Source: Candidatus Undinarchaeota archaeon (GTDB taxonomy: Archaea; SpSt-1190; JASMDC01). From it: a DNA stretch of 64,000 nucleotides. The DNA is taken from positions 410,132 to 474,131 of the forward strand of contig CAZFHY010000001.1 of NCBI GenBank assembly GCA_964519305.1, given 5' to 3'. Under the pieces are notes generated by a model. The model was given only the letters and a program-made list of their open reading frames with translations, was not told the origin of the DNA and ran no database searches. The position numbers and the translations under genes were made by a program. Every line of letters begins with the position of its first letter. Position 1 is the stretch's first letter. Shown here piece by piece: positions 37,572 through 46,371 of the stretch.

Positions 37572-39155
37572 CTACCCGAACATCAGCATATCGGGCTTGA
37601 AGAGCATGATGAGGCCGAGGACGAGCATGATCGAACCGCCCGCGAGCTTCATCCAACGGCCTTCCCGCTCCGTAATCTTACGGTTGCGTTCCATGAATAC
37701 GAGGAACACCGCCAGCACACACGCATCGGGGATTATATAGACGATGTTGTAGAGCACGAGGTAGAGGTAGTAGCTCATACCGGTGAAGCCCTGCTGGGTC
37801 AGGATCTGTGTGTAGATGACCGGGAATCCGGCGGTGCAGGGAAGCTCGATGAGGCTGGCGGACAAGGCCATGAACACGGTCCCACTGAGAAGGGCCCAGC
37901 CTTCGGCCCTGGTGAGGTTCCGCATCTGTCGAAGGAGGAAGGGCTTGAACCGCTGGGGGATGACCAGCGAGATACCCTTGCCGAACCAGAAGAAGTCCTT
38001 GATGTTGATAAGCCCCGCTACAACTGCGATAACGCCGATGGAATAGCGTATCCAGTCGATATACCCGATATAGAGGAAAGTGTTCAGCCAAGCGGCCATG
38101 AACATGAAGTACACCGTGAACACGGTCACTAGATAGACCAGGCCCACCATGATGATCCGCCTGCGCGACCGGGCATAGAAGAGCATGGACAGGAGGAAGG
38201 AGAGAACCCACATGGTGCACGGGTTCACGCCGTCGACCAAGGCGATCGCTACGGTGAGGGCGGGGAGGAAGGCATTAATGGGATTTATGCACCCCAAGAA
38301 TGGGAGACATACTTGAACATCTGGTGGCGTCGTGACATCGTCACCGGGACCCGGCACACCAGGTGTGAACGGTACGACGTTACCCGCCGAGCACATGCAG
38401 TCCCTTTTCGGGCAATCCTCTAGTAGCGAGGGGAGGTGGTCGCGTATGAGACCCTCCCCCATGAGGTAGTAACCTGAGATGAACGCCAGGGGAAAACCCA
38501 CTTCCTTGATACCGTGGCGCTGGCGATAATCCTTGTAGATGGCGTTCTCGATCGGATTGTTGACCTCGTATGTCGTGATGTTGATGTTGTATCGCGTCTC
38601 CAGTTCATCCAGGAAGGGCAGAAGTCGTTCACAGGGACTGCAGGTCATGTTCAGGAAGACGACCAGACAGACGTCGACATCGCTCAGGTCCGGATAGCCA
38701 CTTGGTGTTGTTTCGGTTGTGATCCCTGCTTTCACGAGCGGGTCCACGCATCCCTTCTCCAGGCACTCCTTGACGTAACCCTCGATCCGTTTTCCCGAAG
38801 TGGCTGTCGAGCCGTACCCGACCATATAGTGCTCTCCGATGAAGGTGCCCGGCACTCCCCGGGCCTCCCCGTCGTAGCCGGCCGCCACCTTCTGGTAGAG
38901 TTCCGCGTTCTTCGGATCGCTCCACGTCTCATATCGGTAGACCTCTAGCGAGGGATAGGTCTCCTCAAGATAGTCCAGGAAAGGCTCTTCGTCCCGACAA
39001 TGGGGACATCCCTCACCGTAGAAGAAGTGGATACTGACGGTGTCGTTCGCAGCCTTTGCACATGATATACTCAGGAGAAGAGCGAAGAGGGCGACCATGG
39101 TCATGGCGCGCCTCGAACGGGTGATGTCCCTACTTGAGGGGGCGCGGGTACCCAT
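37572..39155 (-). CDS. Exported double thioredoxin/glutaredoxin fused to a DsbD/CcdA-like membrane domain
   Basis: Signal peptide, CPHC and CSPC motifs, and membrane Cys motifs DGVNPC and ELPCTAGFP. Confidence 0.85.
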   Translation of the reverse strand: MGTRAPSSRDITRSRRAMTMVALFALLLSISCAKAANDTVSIHFFYGEGCPHCRDEEPFLDYLEETYPSLEVYRYETWSDPKNAELYQKVAAGYDGEARGVPGTFIGEHYMVGYGSTATSGKRIEGYVKECLEKGCVDPLVKAGITTETTPSGYPDLSDVDVCLVVFLNMTCSPCERLLPFLDELETRYNINITTYEVNNPIENAIYKDYRQRHGIKEVGFPLAFISGYYLMGEGLIRDHLPSLLEDCPKRDCMCSAGNVVPFTPGVPGPGDDVTTPPDVQVCLPFLGCINPINAFLPALTVAIALVDGVNPCTMWVLSFLLSMLFYARSRRRIIMVGLVYLVTVFTVYFMFMAAWLNTFLYIGYIDWIRYSIGVIAVVAGLINIKDFFWFGKGISLVIPQRFKPFLLRQMRNLTRAEGWALLSGTVFMALSASLIELPCTAGFPVIYTQILTQQGFTGMSYYLYLVLYNIVYIIPDACVLAVFLVFMERNRKITEREGRWMKLAGGSIMLVLGLIMLFKPDMLMFG

Positions 39156-39279
39156 GTCCCCAAAGCAGGAGGGATGTATATAAAAGGATTAAGGACGGGG
39201 GCGACGTGACGCTGCAAGTAAGGGGGGTACATCCACGAGCCTCATCGATGACCTGATAGGGGCTGCTGAGGAGCGTCCC

Positions 39280-39936
39280 GTGGAGGAAGTGACAATCGGC
39301 CCCCGGTTGGTTGTCGCACGCTCAGGGGACAGGTCTGGCCTGGCGCATTTCTTTCCCGGAACAGCTGAACGACATATCCCCGCATCACGTCTGACGGATC
39401 CATTGATCGTATCCCGACTCCGCTCGTCCGACCTCTTCGAGGCCGCTATCGGAGCTGCTGCCCTCAACGCTTGCCTCGTCCCCGTGCAGTGTCGCACACT
39501 GAACGTGTTCGACCTGATCGAGGAGCGTGCTTTGGACGCCCGCAGGATTGCCCTCGTCGGGGGCTTCGGTCCGCTCGTCAAGAGGCTGGATGCCCACGGA
39601 ATCAAACCTCTCGTGTTCGAGATAGAGCCCACGGACGGACAGCTCCCGGTGACCGCTGAGAAGGATATGCTACCCCGGTGCGACCTCGTCGTGGTGAGCG
39701 GTACATCCGTTGTGAACCACACCCTCCAAGACGTTCTCTCGTGGTCGGGGGGCTATACGTTCGTGGTCGGGCCTACGACACCAATGTCCCCTGTTCTGTT
39801 CGAACACGGTGCTGACGCGATCGCTGGTATCCGTATCCATGACCTTGGTGGCGCACGGGATATGCTCGAGCAGGGTGGCGGACGTCGGGACCTCAGGTCA
39901 TACGCGGACGATGTGTACATAGGACCATCACGATAA
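39280..39936 (+). CDS. DUF364 (Rossmann-like) family protein; start uncertain
   Basis: AIGAAALNA, VGGFGP, SGTSVVNHTL and VGPTTP motifs. Confidence 0.8.
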   Translation: MEEVTIGPRLVVARSGDRSGLAHFFPGTAERHIPASRLTDPLIVSRLRSSDLFEAAIGAAALNACLVPVQCRTLNVFDLIEERALDARRIALVGGFGPLVKRLDAHGIKPLVFEIEPTDGQLPVTAEKDMLPRCDLVVVSGTSVVNHTLQDVLSWSGGYTFVVGPTTPMSPVLFEHGADAIAGIRIHDLGGARDMLEQGGGRRDLRSYADDVYIGPSR

Positions 39937-39965
39937 CTTGAGGAGTGGATGTCATCCCGCTCTAA

Positions 39966-40271
39966 TCAGAGAGCACTGAGCTCCTCGTCAAGTATGAGCT
40001 TCGCCTCTTCCTCGTCCCCATCTGCCGCCTCCACCGCCTCTTGCCACAGAGATGCCCCTTCCCGCTGATCCGTGCTAGTTGTCGCCTCTTCGCGCTCATT
40101 CTCCGTCCTGGGGGAGCACGGCGGACTCTCGAGCCGCTCTACGAGACGTCGACATGCATCGCGTACGAACTCGGTCCGGTCAGCCCATCGACCCGTCCGC
40201 AAGATCGTACGGTCCATGTCGTCCACAAGACCTCGGGGGATACGGAGATGGAGGATACGAGTCGATGTCAT
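39966..40271 (-). CDS. Ribbon-helix-helix (CopG/NikR-like) regulator
   Basis: ILHLRIPRGLVDDMDRTILRTGRWADRTEFVRDACR. Confidence 0.75.
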   Translation of the reverse strand: MTSTRILHLRIPRGLVDDMDRTILRTGRWADRTEFVRDACRRLVERLESPPCSPRTENEREEATTSTDQREGASLWQEAVEAADGDEEEAKLILDEELSAL

Positions 40272-40322
40272 GTAGCGATTGTATACTTAATCGTTATTTA
40301 TTCGTTACCTTTATAGTCGAAC

Positions 40323-40829
40323 TCAGATCTCGAAACCTTCATCGAAACCGCCCTTGCGGAAGAACTCATGCATCCTACGTTGACGGGTCACTTCGTCCTT
40401 CTCCTTTTGAAATCGCTGCACACCGGCGACCAGTGACGCGAGCGCATGCTTCGCAGCATCGACAACTGTCCAAGCGAGCGCTACTGTGAGGACCAGCGCA
40501 AGAAGCGCCAGTAAAAAAGGGTCCTGGCCGAGCAAGGGTGCGTACAGGAGGGATACCGCTATGTAGGAAAGGACATTCGCAAAAAGGAACAGTCCCAGTA
40601 GGGTGAGCATAATGCCAGAACCACCACTACTCTCCGAAGGCCCTTTGGGTCGGTCCTCACCGGGCTTCGGACCGGACGAGCTCTTCTTACCACGTCGCGT
40701 TCCCGTGCGGTAGCTCCCGTCCTCCTCGACAAACACACGCGGTCCCGGCTCTTCCTCGATATCCCGCCCGATAGGTACGAAGGGCGGCATCTCCTTCTCC
40801 TCCTTGGGCTTACGCGGCATCTGGCCCAC
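40323..40829 (-). CDS. 2-TM membrane protein
   Basis: Charged N-terminus and two hydrophobic segments. Overlaps the stop of the upstream gene. Confidence 0.6.
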   Translation of the reverse strand: MGQMPRKPKEEKEMPPFVPIGRDIEEEPGPRVFVEEDGSYRTGTRRGKKSSSGPKPGEDRPKGPSESSGGSGIMLTLLGLFLFANVLSYIAVSLLYAPLLGQDPFLLALLALVLTVALAWTVVDAAKHALASLVAGVQRFQKEKDEVTRQRRMHEFFRKGGFDEGFEI

Positions 40830-43800
40830 CTCCCGTGCGCTGTCGTGCGAACAGTTCCGCCAACCGGGCTTCAGCCTCCGTCATCCGGGCCTCGACCGAA
40901 ATAGCGCACGCCAGATCATTGGCACGCAGGCATTCCACCTTCTCGTCAACCAAGGACTTCAGTGTGCTCAAGGCCTCGACCACCTCGTCATCCGTTGTAC
41001 CGGGGTGCGATGGCGGGGGTATCGTGACGTCCGGTGAAGGTTCTGTTGTAGGGGGCACAACCGTCGTCGACATCAGGTCGCGCAGAGCGCTGCTGAGGTC
41101 GTCGCCGAACCCGACGCGGTACTCGTCCCGTGTAGCGTTCGCCTGGTAGGAGCCTAGCATAGCGACCACCTTCTCGAGACGTGTGATACCCTTACCGGTC
41201 TCCAGATAGATTGGCCGGATATAGATCCAGTGCCGGCCGATGCGATAGAGGAGCATGTTACCTGGCTTGAGCGTTTCGCTCTCCTTAAGCCGTGCCCATT
41301 CCTGATACCGGGCATCACCTTTGTAGTTCCGCTCGATAGCTTGGTATGAGTAGAAGAGCCACCCGCCCTCGTCCCCGCCGGATTTGGGGAAGCGATAGAG
41401 GACGATATCACCGAAATGCGCAAGGTCATCCCTGAGGAAGGAGTTGCGCACTACGTACAATCCAACGAGACCTGTCTCGGTCTGCGTCTGGGCCTCTCCC
41501 TTGTCGAGCAATGCTGGCAGGATCCCCACGAACTCCGTGGCACCATCGTCCATCTGGAAGGGGGTGTAGTACATCGTCTGCTGCGAAGGGTCTGACTTGA
41601 AGAAGTCCAGCCCCTTGTAGTAGTCCTCGGGCATAGGGTGGAAGTCGAAGTGTTTGTGGGCGCGCCAGGTGAAGTACTGCTTGGGATACCGGAGCTGGCG
41701 CCGGACCTCGTCGGGGAGCTCCCGGCTGAGGTCGGGATACACGGAGCGGAGTAGTTGGGAGAGCTGGTCGTCGAAAGGTGCGTAGAGCTCGATCTCTCCG
41801 GTGTAGATATTGCCTAGTGCTATCACTGCGTACCGCGCGTATGCCTCTACAGGATCGCGGGAGCCCACACCACCAGTGACCTCCATTCGAGTAAGGGGGA
41901 TAAGGGCCGGATCGAGCGCGATGAACCCGTGCATGAGGAACCAGGTACTCCCCCGATAGGTGATCGGATAGGGATCGTTACCCTTGATGTCGAAGGGCTC
42001 GGTCGTGGCCAGCATGGGCAGCATATTGCGCAAGCGCAGGTCCAGCCGGCGTAAGAGCAGGAGCTTGAAACTGGATATATCACCCCTGTCGATGGCCTCA
42101 GCCCAGCGCCAGTAGAATGTCTCGTCCGATGGCACTCGCCACCGGCGCAAGGCGTTCGGGAACAGTCCGATATAATGTGCGTCATAGAAGAAAATGTCAG
42201 GGACGGGGACATCAAGGCCCTTACCCTCGTACGTGACCCCGCCGACCTCGGTCACCCCCTCCTCGGTCAGATAGCTCTCCAGAAGAGAGAAGTCCTCGTG
42301 GACCCCGTAGTACATCTGGTCCTCGGGATACGCGTTCTCAATACCATGACCTGTGTGGGCGTCCAGAGTCATGAAGCCCTGATCGGAGTGGGTGTAGAAC
42401 TGGTGGTTGTTGTAGAAGTCACCGTCCGTCACCTTGTCCCGTCGAAGAGGGAGCTCTACGGCCCAGAATGGTGCCATCCGACCATCCTCTTCTCGCACCA
42501 GGAAATCCTCGTTCCCGATATCCAAGTACGGTACCTCGCCCATGTTGCGATCGGTCCGCACACGGGCACGCTCACGGTCCCATAGGCGGACAGTGGAGAG
42601 CATGTCCGCGTTGGTGGTGAGGAAGTCTTCCTTGAACCTGAAGTTCTGACGGAGCGCCGCACCTCCGAGGTCGCTTACTTGGACGCTATCAACAGGGATG
42701 TCCGCAAGGTACCGATTGATGCTCAGGCCCGCCCGGATGAGGGTGTCATAATAGAGCTCTGGATGGCTCTGCACCTGGTTGTTCATGGGCGAGAGCACGA
42801 GACGATCTAGCACCGGTGCCAGCACGATGAACGCTACGAGCAGCCCTGCTATGAGCGCAATCGTCACCGACACCAACATCGCGGCCCGGGCGCCGTCCTT
42901 GTTCCCAGAGACACGGGCCATGACGTTAACGATGGTTCTGGCCAGGTCGAACCTGAGCACGACATAGGCCATCAGCATCCCGCCGAGCACGACCACCCAC
43001 CTGGCCATGAGGGTTATGATGGCAAGTAGGTTCGTCGGTGCAGTGGTCACACCGATGTCGCCCACAAGTGTCCGCAGACCAAGGTCCACGGAGGAAAGGA
43101 CCAACCAGGCGATTATGATGGTGAACAGCGCACGCGCCGTCGAGGAGAACACAGAGGTGTCGGTCCGTCGGGGGAGCACAAGCCAGATGAACGCGAAGTA
43201 GAGCAGAGTAGAGATTATCTGGGCTACGAGCGGAGTAAGGAGCGGGCCCACTAAGGTAAAGAAGAGGGCATTGTCAGTTACCAGTTCAGCGTACCGGGCA
43301 TGGTCGAACTGCTGCGCCTCCAGGCCGATGAGCCCCATGAGAGAGACGTACTCGGCAGGAAGGTGTTCCTTCGTGAGGATGGGGGCCAGGTGGAGCACGG
43401 CGATTTCGCGGAGGTCGGCGGGATCCGGGATAAGCTCGAAACCGTTCGTTTGTGCTTCGATTACGAATCCGGTCAGGTAGTATCGTTGTGCCTCGGGAAG
43501 GTCCAGCATGCCATGGAGGTCACCTGTGGCCGCCACAACGGACCGTGCACCGCCCATAATACCGAAGACCAGCATGAGGATGGCCAGCGAGTAGAACACT
43601 ATGACAGGCACGTGGTACATGGACAGGTCGATGACATCCCTCACTACAGGATCATCGAACGGCGCGCGGTCCGGTGTTCGCTTCTGGATCATCAGACGGG
43701 CCAGTGCCCAAGGGAGCACAAGGAAGAGTGGAACATACCTGAATGACAGGATGTGGAGATGATGGAGCAGCCCGTCCTTCTGCGCGAAGCGCTCTAGACG

Positions 43801-44178
43801 CATGCTCACCAGCGCCCACAGCACTAGCAGTCCCAGGCCGACCGGGAAGGAGAACCGCCAAGTACCCCATAGGAGGAGCATAAGACCGGGATCGAAGTGG
43901 AAGAAAGCAAGCCACGACACAAGTGCCCAGAGGGCCATGCCATTGACCGCCAAGGTGACCTGGCGCATGAAAGTACCGCCTCCGACAGGTACGTCCGTAC
44001 CGAGCACACGTATGGACTCGATACTGCCGTCCAGGATCGTGCCCTTCCATGCCAGATGGAGCATCTGTTGCTTGAAGGGCAGGTAGTGATTGAGATAGAA
44101 GCTGGTCAGGAGGAAAAGGCTCACGCCGAGGACGAGCAGGATGGCCTTCCCGCGGGGGCGGTTCCAAGTTTTCGCCAT
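40810..44178 (-). CDS. UPF0182-family membrane protein (large)
   Basis: ~10 N-terminal TM segments. VRLWD, NNHQFYTHS, DPY, QLRYP, LYRFPK, GNMLL and RPIYLE match UPF0182 motifs. Confidence 0.75.
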   Translation of the reverse strand: MAKTWNRPRGKAILLVLGVSLFLLTSFYLNHYLPFKQQMLHLAWKGTILDGSIESIRVLGTDVPVGGGTFMRQVTLAVNGMALWALVSWLAFFHFDPGLMLLLWGTWRFSFPVGLGLLVLWALVSMRLERFAQKDGLLHHLHILSFRYVPLFLVLPWALARLMIQKRTPDRAPFDDPVVRDVIDLSMYHVPVIVFYSLAILMLVFGIMGGARSVVAATGDLHGMLDLPEAQRYYLTGFVIEAQTNGFELIPDPADLREIAVLHLAPILTKEHLPAEYVSLMGLIGLEAQQFDHARYAELVTDNALFFTLVGPLLTPLVAQIISTLLYFAFIWLVLPRRTDTSVFSSTARALFTIIIAWLVLSSVDLGLRTLVGDIGVTTAPTNLLAIITLMARWVVVLGGMLMAYVVLRFDLARTIVNVMARVSGNKDGARAAMLVSVTIALIAGLLVAFIVLAPVLDRLVLSPMNNQVQSHPELYYDTLIRAGLSINRYLADIPVDSVQVSDLGGAALRQNFRFKEDFLTTNADMLSTVRLWDRERARVRTDRNMGEVPYLDIGNEDFLVREEDGRMAPFWAVELPLRRDKVTDGDFYNNHQFYTHSDQGFMTLDAHTGHGIENAYPEDQMYYGVHEDFSLLESYLTEEGVTEVGGVTYEGKGLDVPVPDIFFYDAHYIGLFPNALRRWRVPSDETFYWRWAEAIDRGDISSFKLLLLRRLDLRLRNMLPMLATTEPFDIKGNDPYPITYRGSTWFLMHGFIALDPALIPLTRMEVTGGVGSRDPVEAYARYAVIALGNIYTGEIELYAPFDDQLSQLLRSVYPDLSRELPDEVRRQLRYPKQYFTWRAHKHFDFHPMPEDYYKGLDFFKSDPSQQTMYYTPFQMDDGATEFVGILPALLDKGEAQTQTETGLVGLYVVRNSFLRDDLAHFGDIVLYRFPKSGGDEGGWLFYSYQAIERNYKGDARYQEWARLKESETLKPGNMLLYRIGRHWIYIRPIYLETGKGITRLEKVVAMLGSYQANATRDEYRVGFGDDLSSALRDLMSTTVVPPTTEPSPDVTIPPPSHPGTTDDEVVEALSTLKSLVDEKVECLRANDLACAISVEARMTEAEARLAELFARQRTGGGPDAA

Positions 44179-44182
44179 AGGT

Positions 44183-44641
44183 TCAGCCGCGCTTCCGTAC
44201 CTTGACAACGTCCCCGAGGGTGAGCGGGGCGTCATGGCTCTTGAGGGGCCCTACGTCCTCCTCTTCGAGCACGGCCACTAGCGTGATTTCCAGTTTCCGT
44301 TCGAGGCGGCGGGCCAGGGTGATCGGGGGTACCATGCGTCCTGCCTCGATGCGGGTAATCACAGACTCCTTCTCGTTGAGACGATCAGCGAGCTCCTTTT
44401 GTGTGATACCCATCCGTTCACGGGCCTGGTGCACCCGTAAGGCACATTCGGGGACGACCTCCTCCTCAGGCTTGCGTTTTGTGGGGATTCTCCTCACAGT
44501 ACGCTCTACAGGCCGCGGCTCGTAGGCAGGTCCTAGTCGGGCCCCCATGGAGGCGCAGTCCCTGCACACGGTGACGGTAGCACCCTCAAGGCGAATACGC
44601 TCGCCCCGGTGCATCTGACGTCCGCAAATCTCGCACTCCAC
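44183..44641 (-). CDS. mbf1: Archaeal multiprotein bridging factor aMBF1
   Basis: Zn ribbon CEICG...CRDC, HTH, and C-terminal LTLGDVV. Confidence 0.92.
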   Translation of the reverse strand: MECEICGRQMHRGERIRLEGATVTVCRDCASMGARLGPAYEPRPVERTVRRIPTKRKPEEEVVPECALRVHQARERMGITQKELADRLNEKESVITRIEAGRMVPPITLARRLERKLEITLVAVLEEEDVGPLKSHDAPLTLGDVVKVRKRG

Positions 44642-44704
44642 GGTCGATGGGGAGCCGGGTAGACATTAAAATGTTTGTGCCGGCCACGTTCTGGAACGCA
44701 CAAC

Positions 44705-45049
44705 ATGGCCCACATAGACGAGGTCGCCCATCGACACATCGTTGTGGACGGCCAGGCATTCAAGGAGGATATCGTGCTCACCCAGTGGGGCTGGGTGGAG
44801 TCCAGGACAGAGAAGGGGAAGGTCACCCTTCGCGAGCTTGAGCTCCTCCTACTCCATCACCATGCCAAGGTATTTGTGTTCGGACGTGGGCTGATCGGTA
44901 TCCATAACCTATCACCCGAGGACGAGAAGGCGATCGAGCGCATGGGCGTGAAGATGCACTCGCTCCCCACCCCTGAGGCTGCAGAACTGTTCAATCGGCT
45001 AGCCGACGAAGAGGATGGAGTGATAGGGCTGTTCCGCGTGCTCGTGTGA
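44705..45049 (+). CDS. Mth938-like (DUF498) protein
   Basis: FVFGRG..G and LPTPEAAELFNRL motifs. Confidence 0.75.
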   Translation: MAHIDEVAHRHIVVDGQAFKEDIVLTQWGWVESRTEKGKVTLRELELLLLHHHAKVFVFGRGLIGIHNLSPEDEKAIERMGVKMHSLPTPEAAELFNRLADEEDGVIGLFRVLV

Positions 45050-45054
45050 CGGGC

Positions 45055-45906
45055 CTAGACGGTCTCGACTGTCTTCTCTGAGAATACCTTGCGTGCCCTC
45101 TCGAGATCTTCCTTGGTGTCGATACCGATCCATTGGCCGGCCAGGTTGTACCCGGCGAGCTTCCCTTCCTTTGCCAGGTGAGGGAGCACGTCTCGCTCCA
45201 AGGAGCGTTGAGTGGCATCGAGGTTCGAGAATATCTCGCGCTCGAAGATGTAGATACCGCCGTTGATGATGAAGGAACGGTAATCGGTGGGCTTCTCTGT
45301 GTAGTCCACGACCTTGCTACCCTTCAGTTCGACGACACCGTAGGCCGCGGGGTCCGGGACGGTTGTCAGACCAACGGTCCCCAAGGCCTTTGTCTGCTCG
45401 TGGAACTCCACCATATCGGTGAGATCGAACTTGAAGAAATTGTCCCCATAGATAAGGATGAACCGACTATCGATAAACTTCTCAGCCCGGATGAGGGCGC
45501 CGGCCGTTCCGAGAGGCTCCGGATCCCGGATGTATGTGATCTCTACACCGAACTGGCTTCCGTCACCGAAGTAGTCCATGACCTTGTCGGCCTTGTATGA
45601 AACGGAAATGATCATCTGGGTGAATCCGAGCACTCGGAGATTGCGCACCACATGCTCCAAGATAGGCTTCCCCCCGACATCCAGCATGCACTTGGGCGTG
45701 TCCTTTGTCAGGGGCAGGAGGTCCTTGCCCTGGCTCCCTGCGAGGATGAGCACCTTGATCTTCTCCTCACGGAAATAGTTGACAAGGATGCTCTCGAGCG
45801 CGTGCGACCGGTTCCGGATAACGGTACCGTCGATAATATTATCTACGCGGTTGATGAGGTCCTCTCTCAAGGATATGGAGATAATCCGTCGGCGCATGTT
45901 TCTCAC
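45055..45906 (-). CDS. RHH DNA-binding domain fused to a sugar-phosphate nucleotidyltransferase-like domain
   Basis: N-term IISISLREDLINRVD...NRSHALESIL, then LILAG...PLT...PK, PLGTAGAL, YGD, EKP, INGGIY and W..ID motifs. Confidence 0.88.
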   Translation of the reverse strand: MRNMRRRIISISLREDLINRVDNIIDGTVIRNRSHALESILVNYFREEKIKVLILAGSQGKDLLPLTKDTPKCMLDVGGKPILEHVVRNLRVLGFTQMIISVSYKADKVMDYFGDGSQFGVEITYIRDPEPLGTAGALIRAEKFIDSRFILIYGDNFFKFDLTDMVEFHEQTKALGTVGLTTVPDPAAYGVVELKGSKVVDYTEKPTDYRSFIINGGIYIFEREIFSNLDATQRSLERDVLPHLAKEGKLAGYNLAGQWIGIDTKEDLERARKVFSEKTVETV

Positions 45907-45953
45907 CAGGGGGTGTGGGCGGTTGACCGCCCGACTTATTCTTAGGGCAGGTT

Positions 45954-46037
45954 ATCCTTAATAAATGCTTCGTAATGTTAAGCCATTTTCGTGTTTTTTC
46001 TTACATTTACGCCCCCTCCCAAGGATTTATTAAGGAT
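45954..46037. repeat. 17-bp inverted repeat (1 mismatch); each arm contains TTTATTAA, probably back-to-back promoters
   Basis: atccttaataaatgctt (45954-45970) vs aaggatttattaaggat (46021-46037). Confidence 0.75.
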
Positions 46038-46371
46038 TAATACAATTTATTCTGAAAAAGACCCGTTTTCCGAGATTTTTTCGCGTCAATGACATAGTAT
46101 ATCCGTTACAATGTCGACGTACTGGGTATCGGACCACGGGATAAACACAGACCCTCAAAACCGGCGTAAAGCCCCCCGTTCAGTTCATATCCCCTGAGAA
46201 ACGCGCCATTCTCATCTAAACAGCCCCATTGGCGCCAGTTAATGTAACACAAAGACATGCTCAGGAATCAAGCGTCCCATGGCTGTTCCGAGAATCCTAT
46301 TTATACATGGGACAGCAGGTATCGTTAGGAGGTCCACTCCGTCATAGATGGGCCTACCTAAGGTGATCATC

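Noticed and set aside
45907-46371. AT-rich intergenic region as a replication origin
   Set aside because: No ORB-like repeats with G-strings and no adjacent cdc6/orc1 gene.
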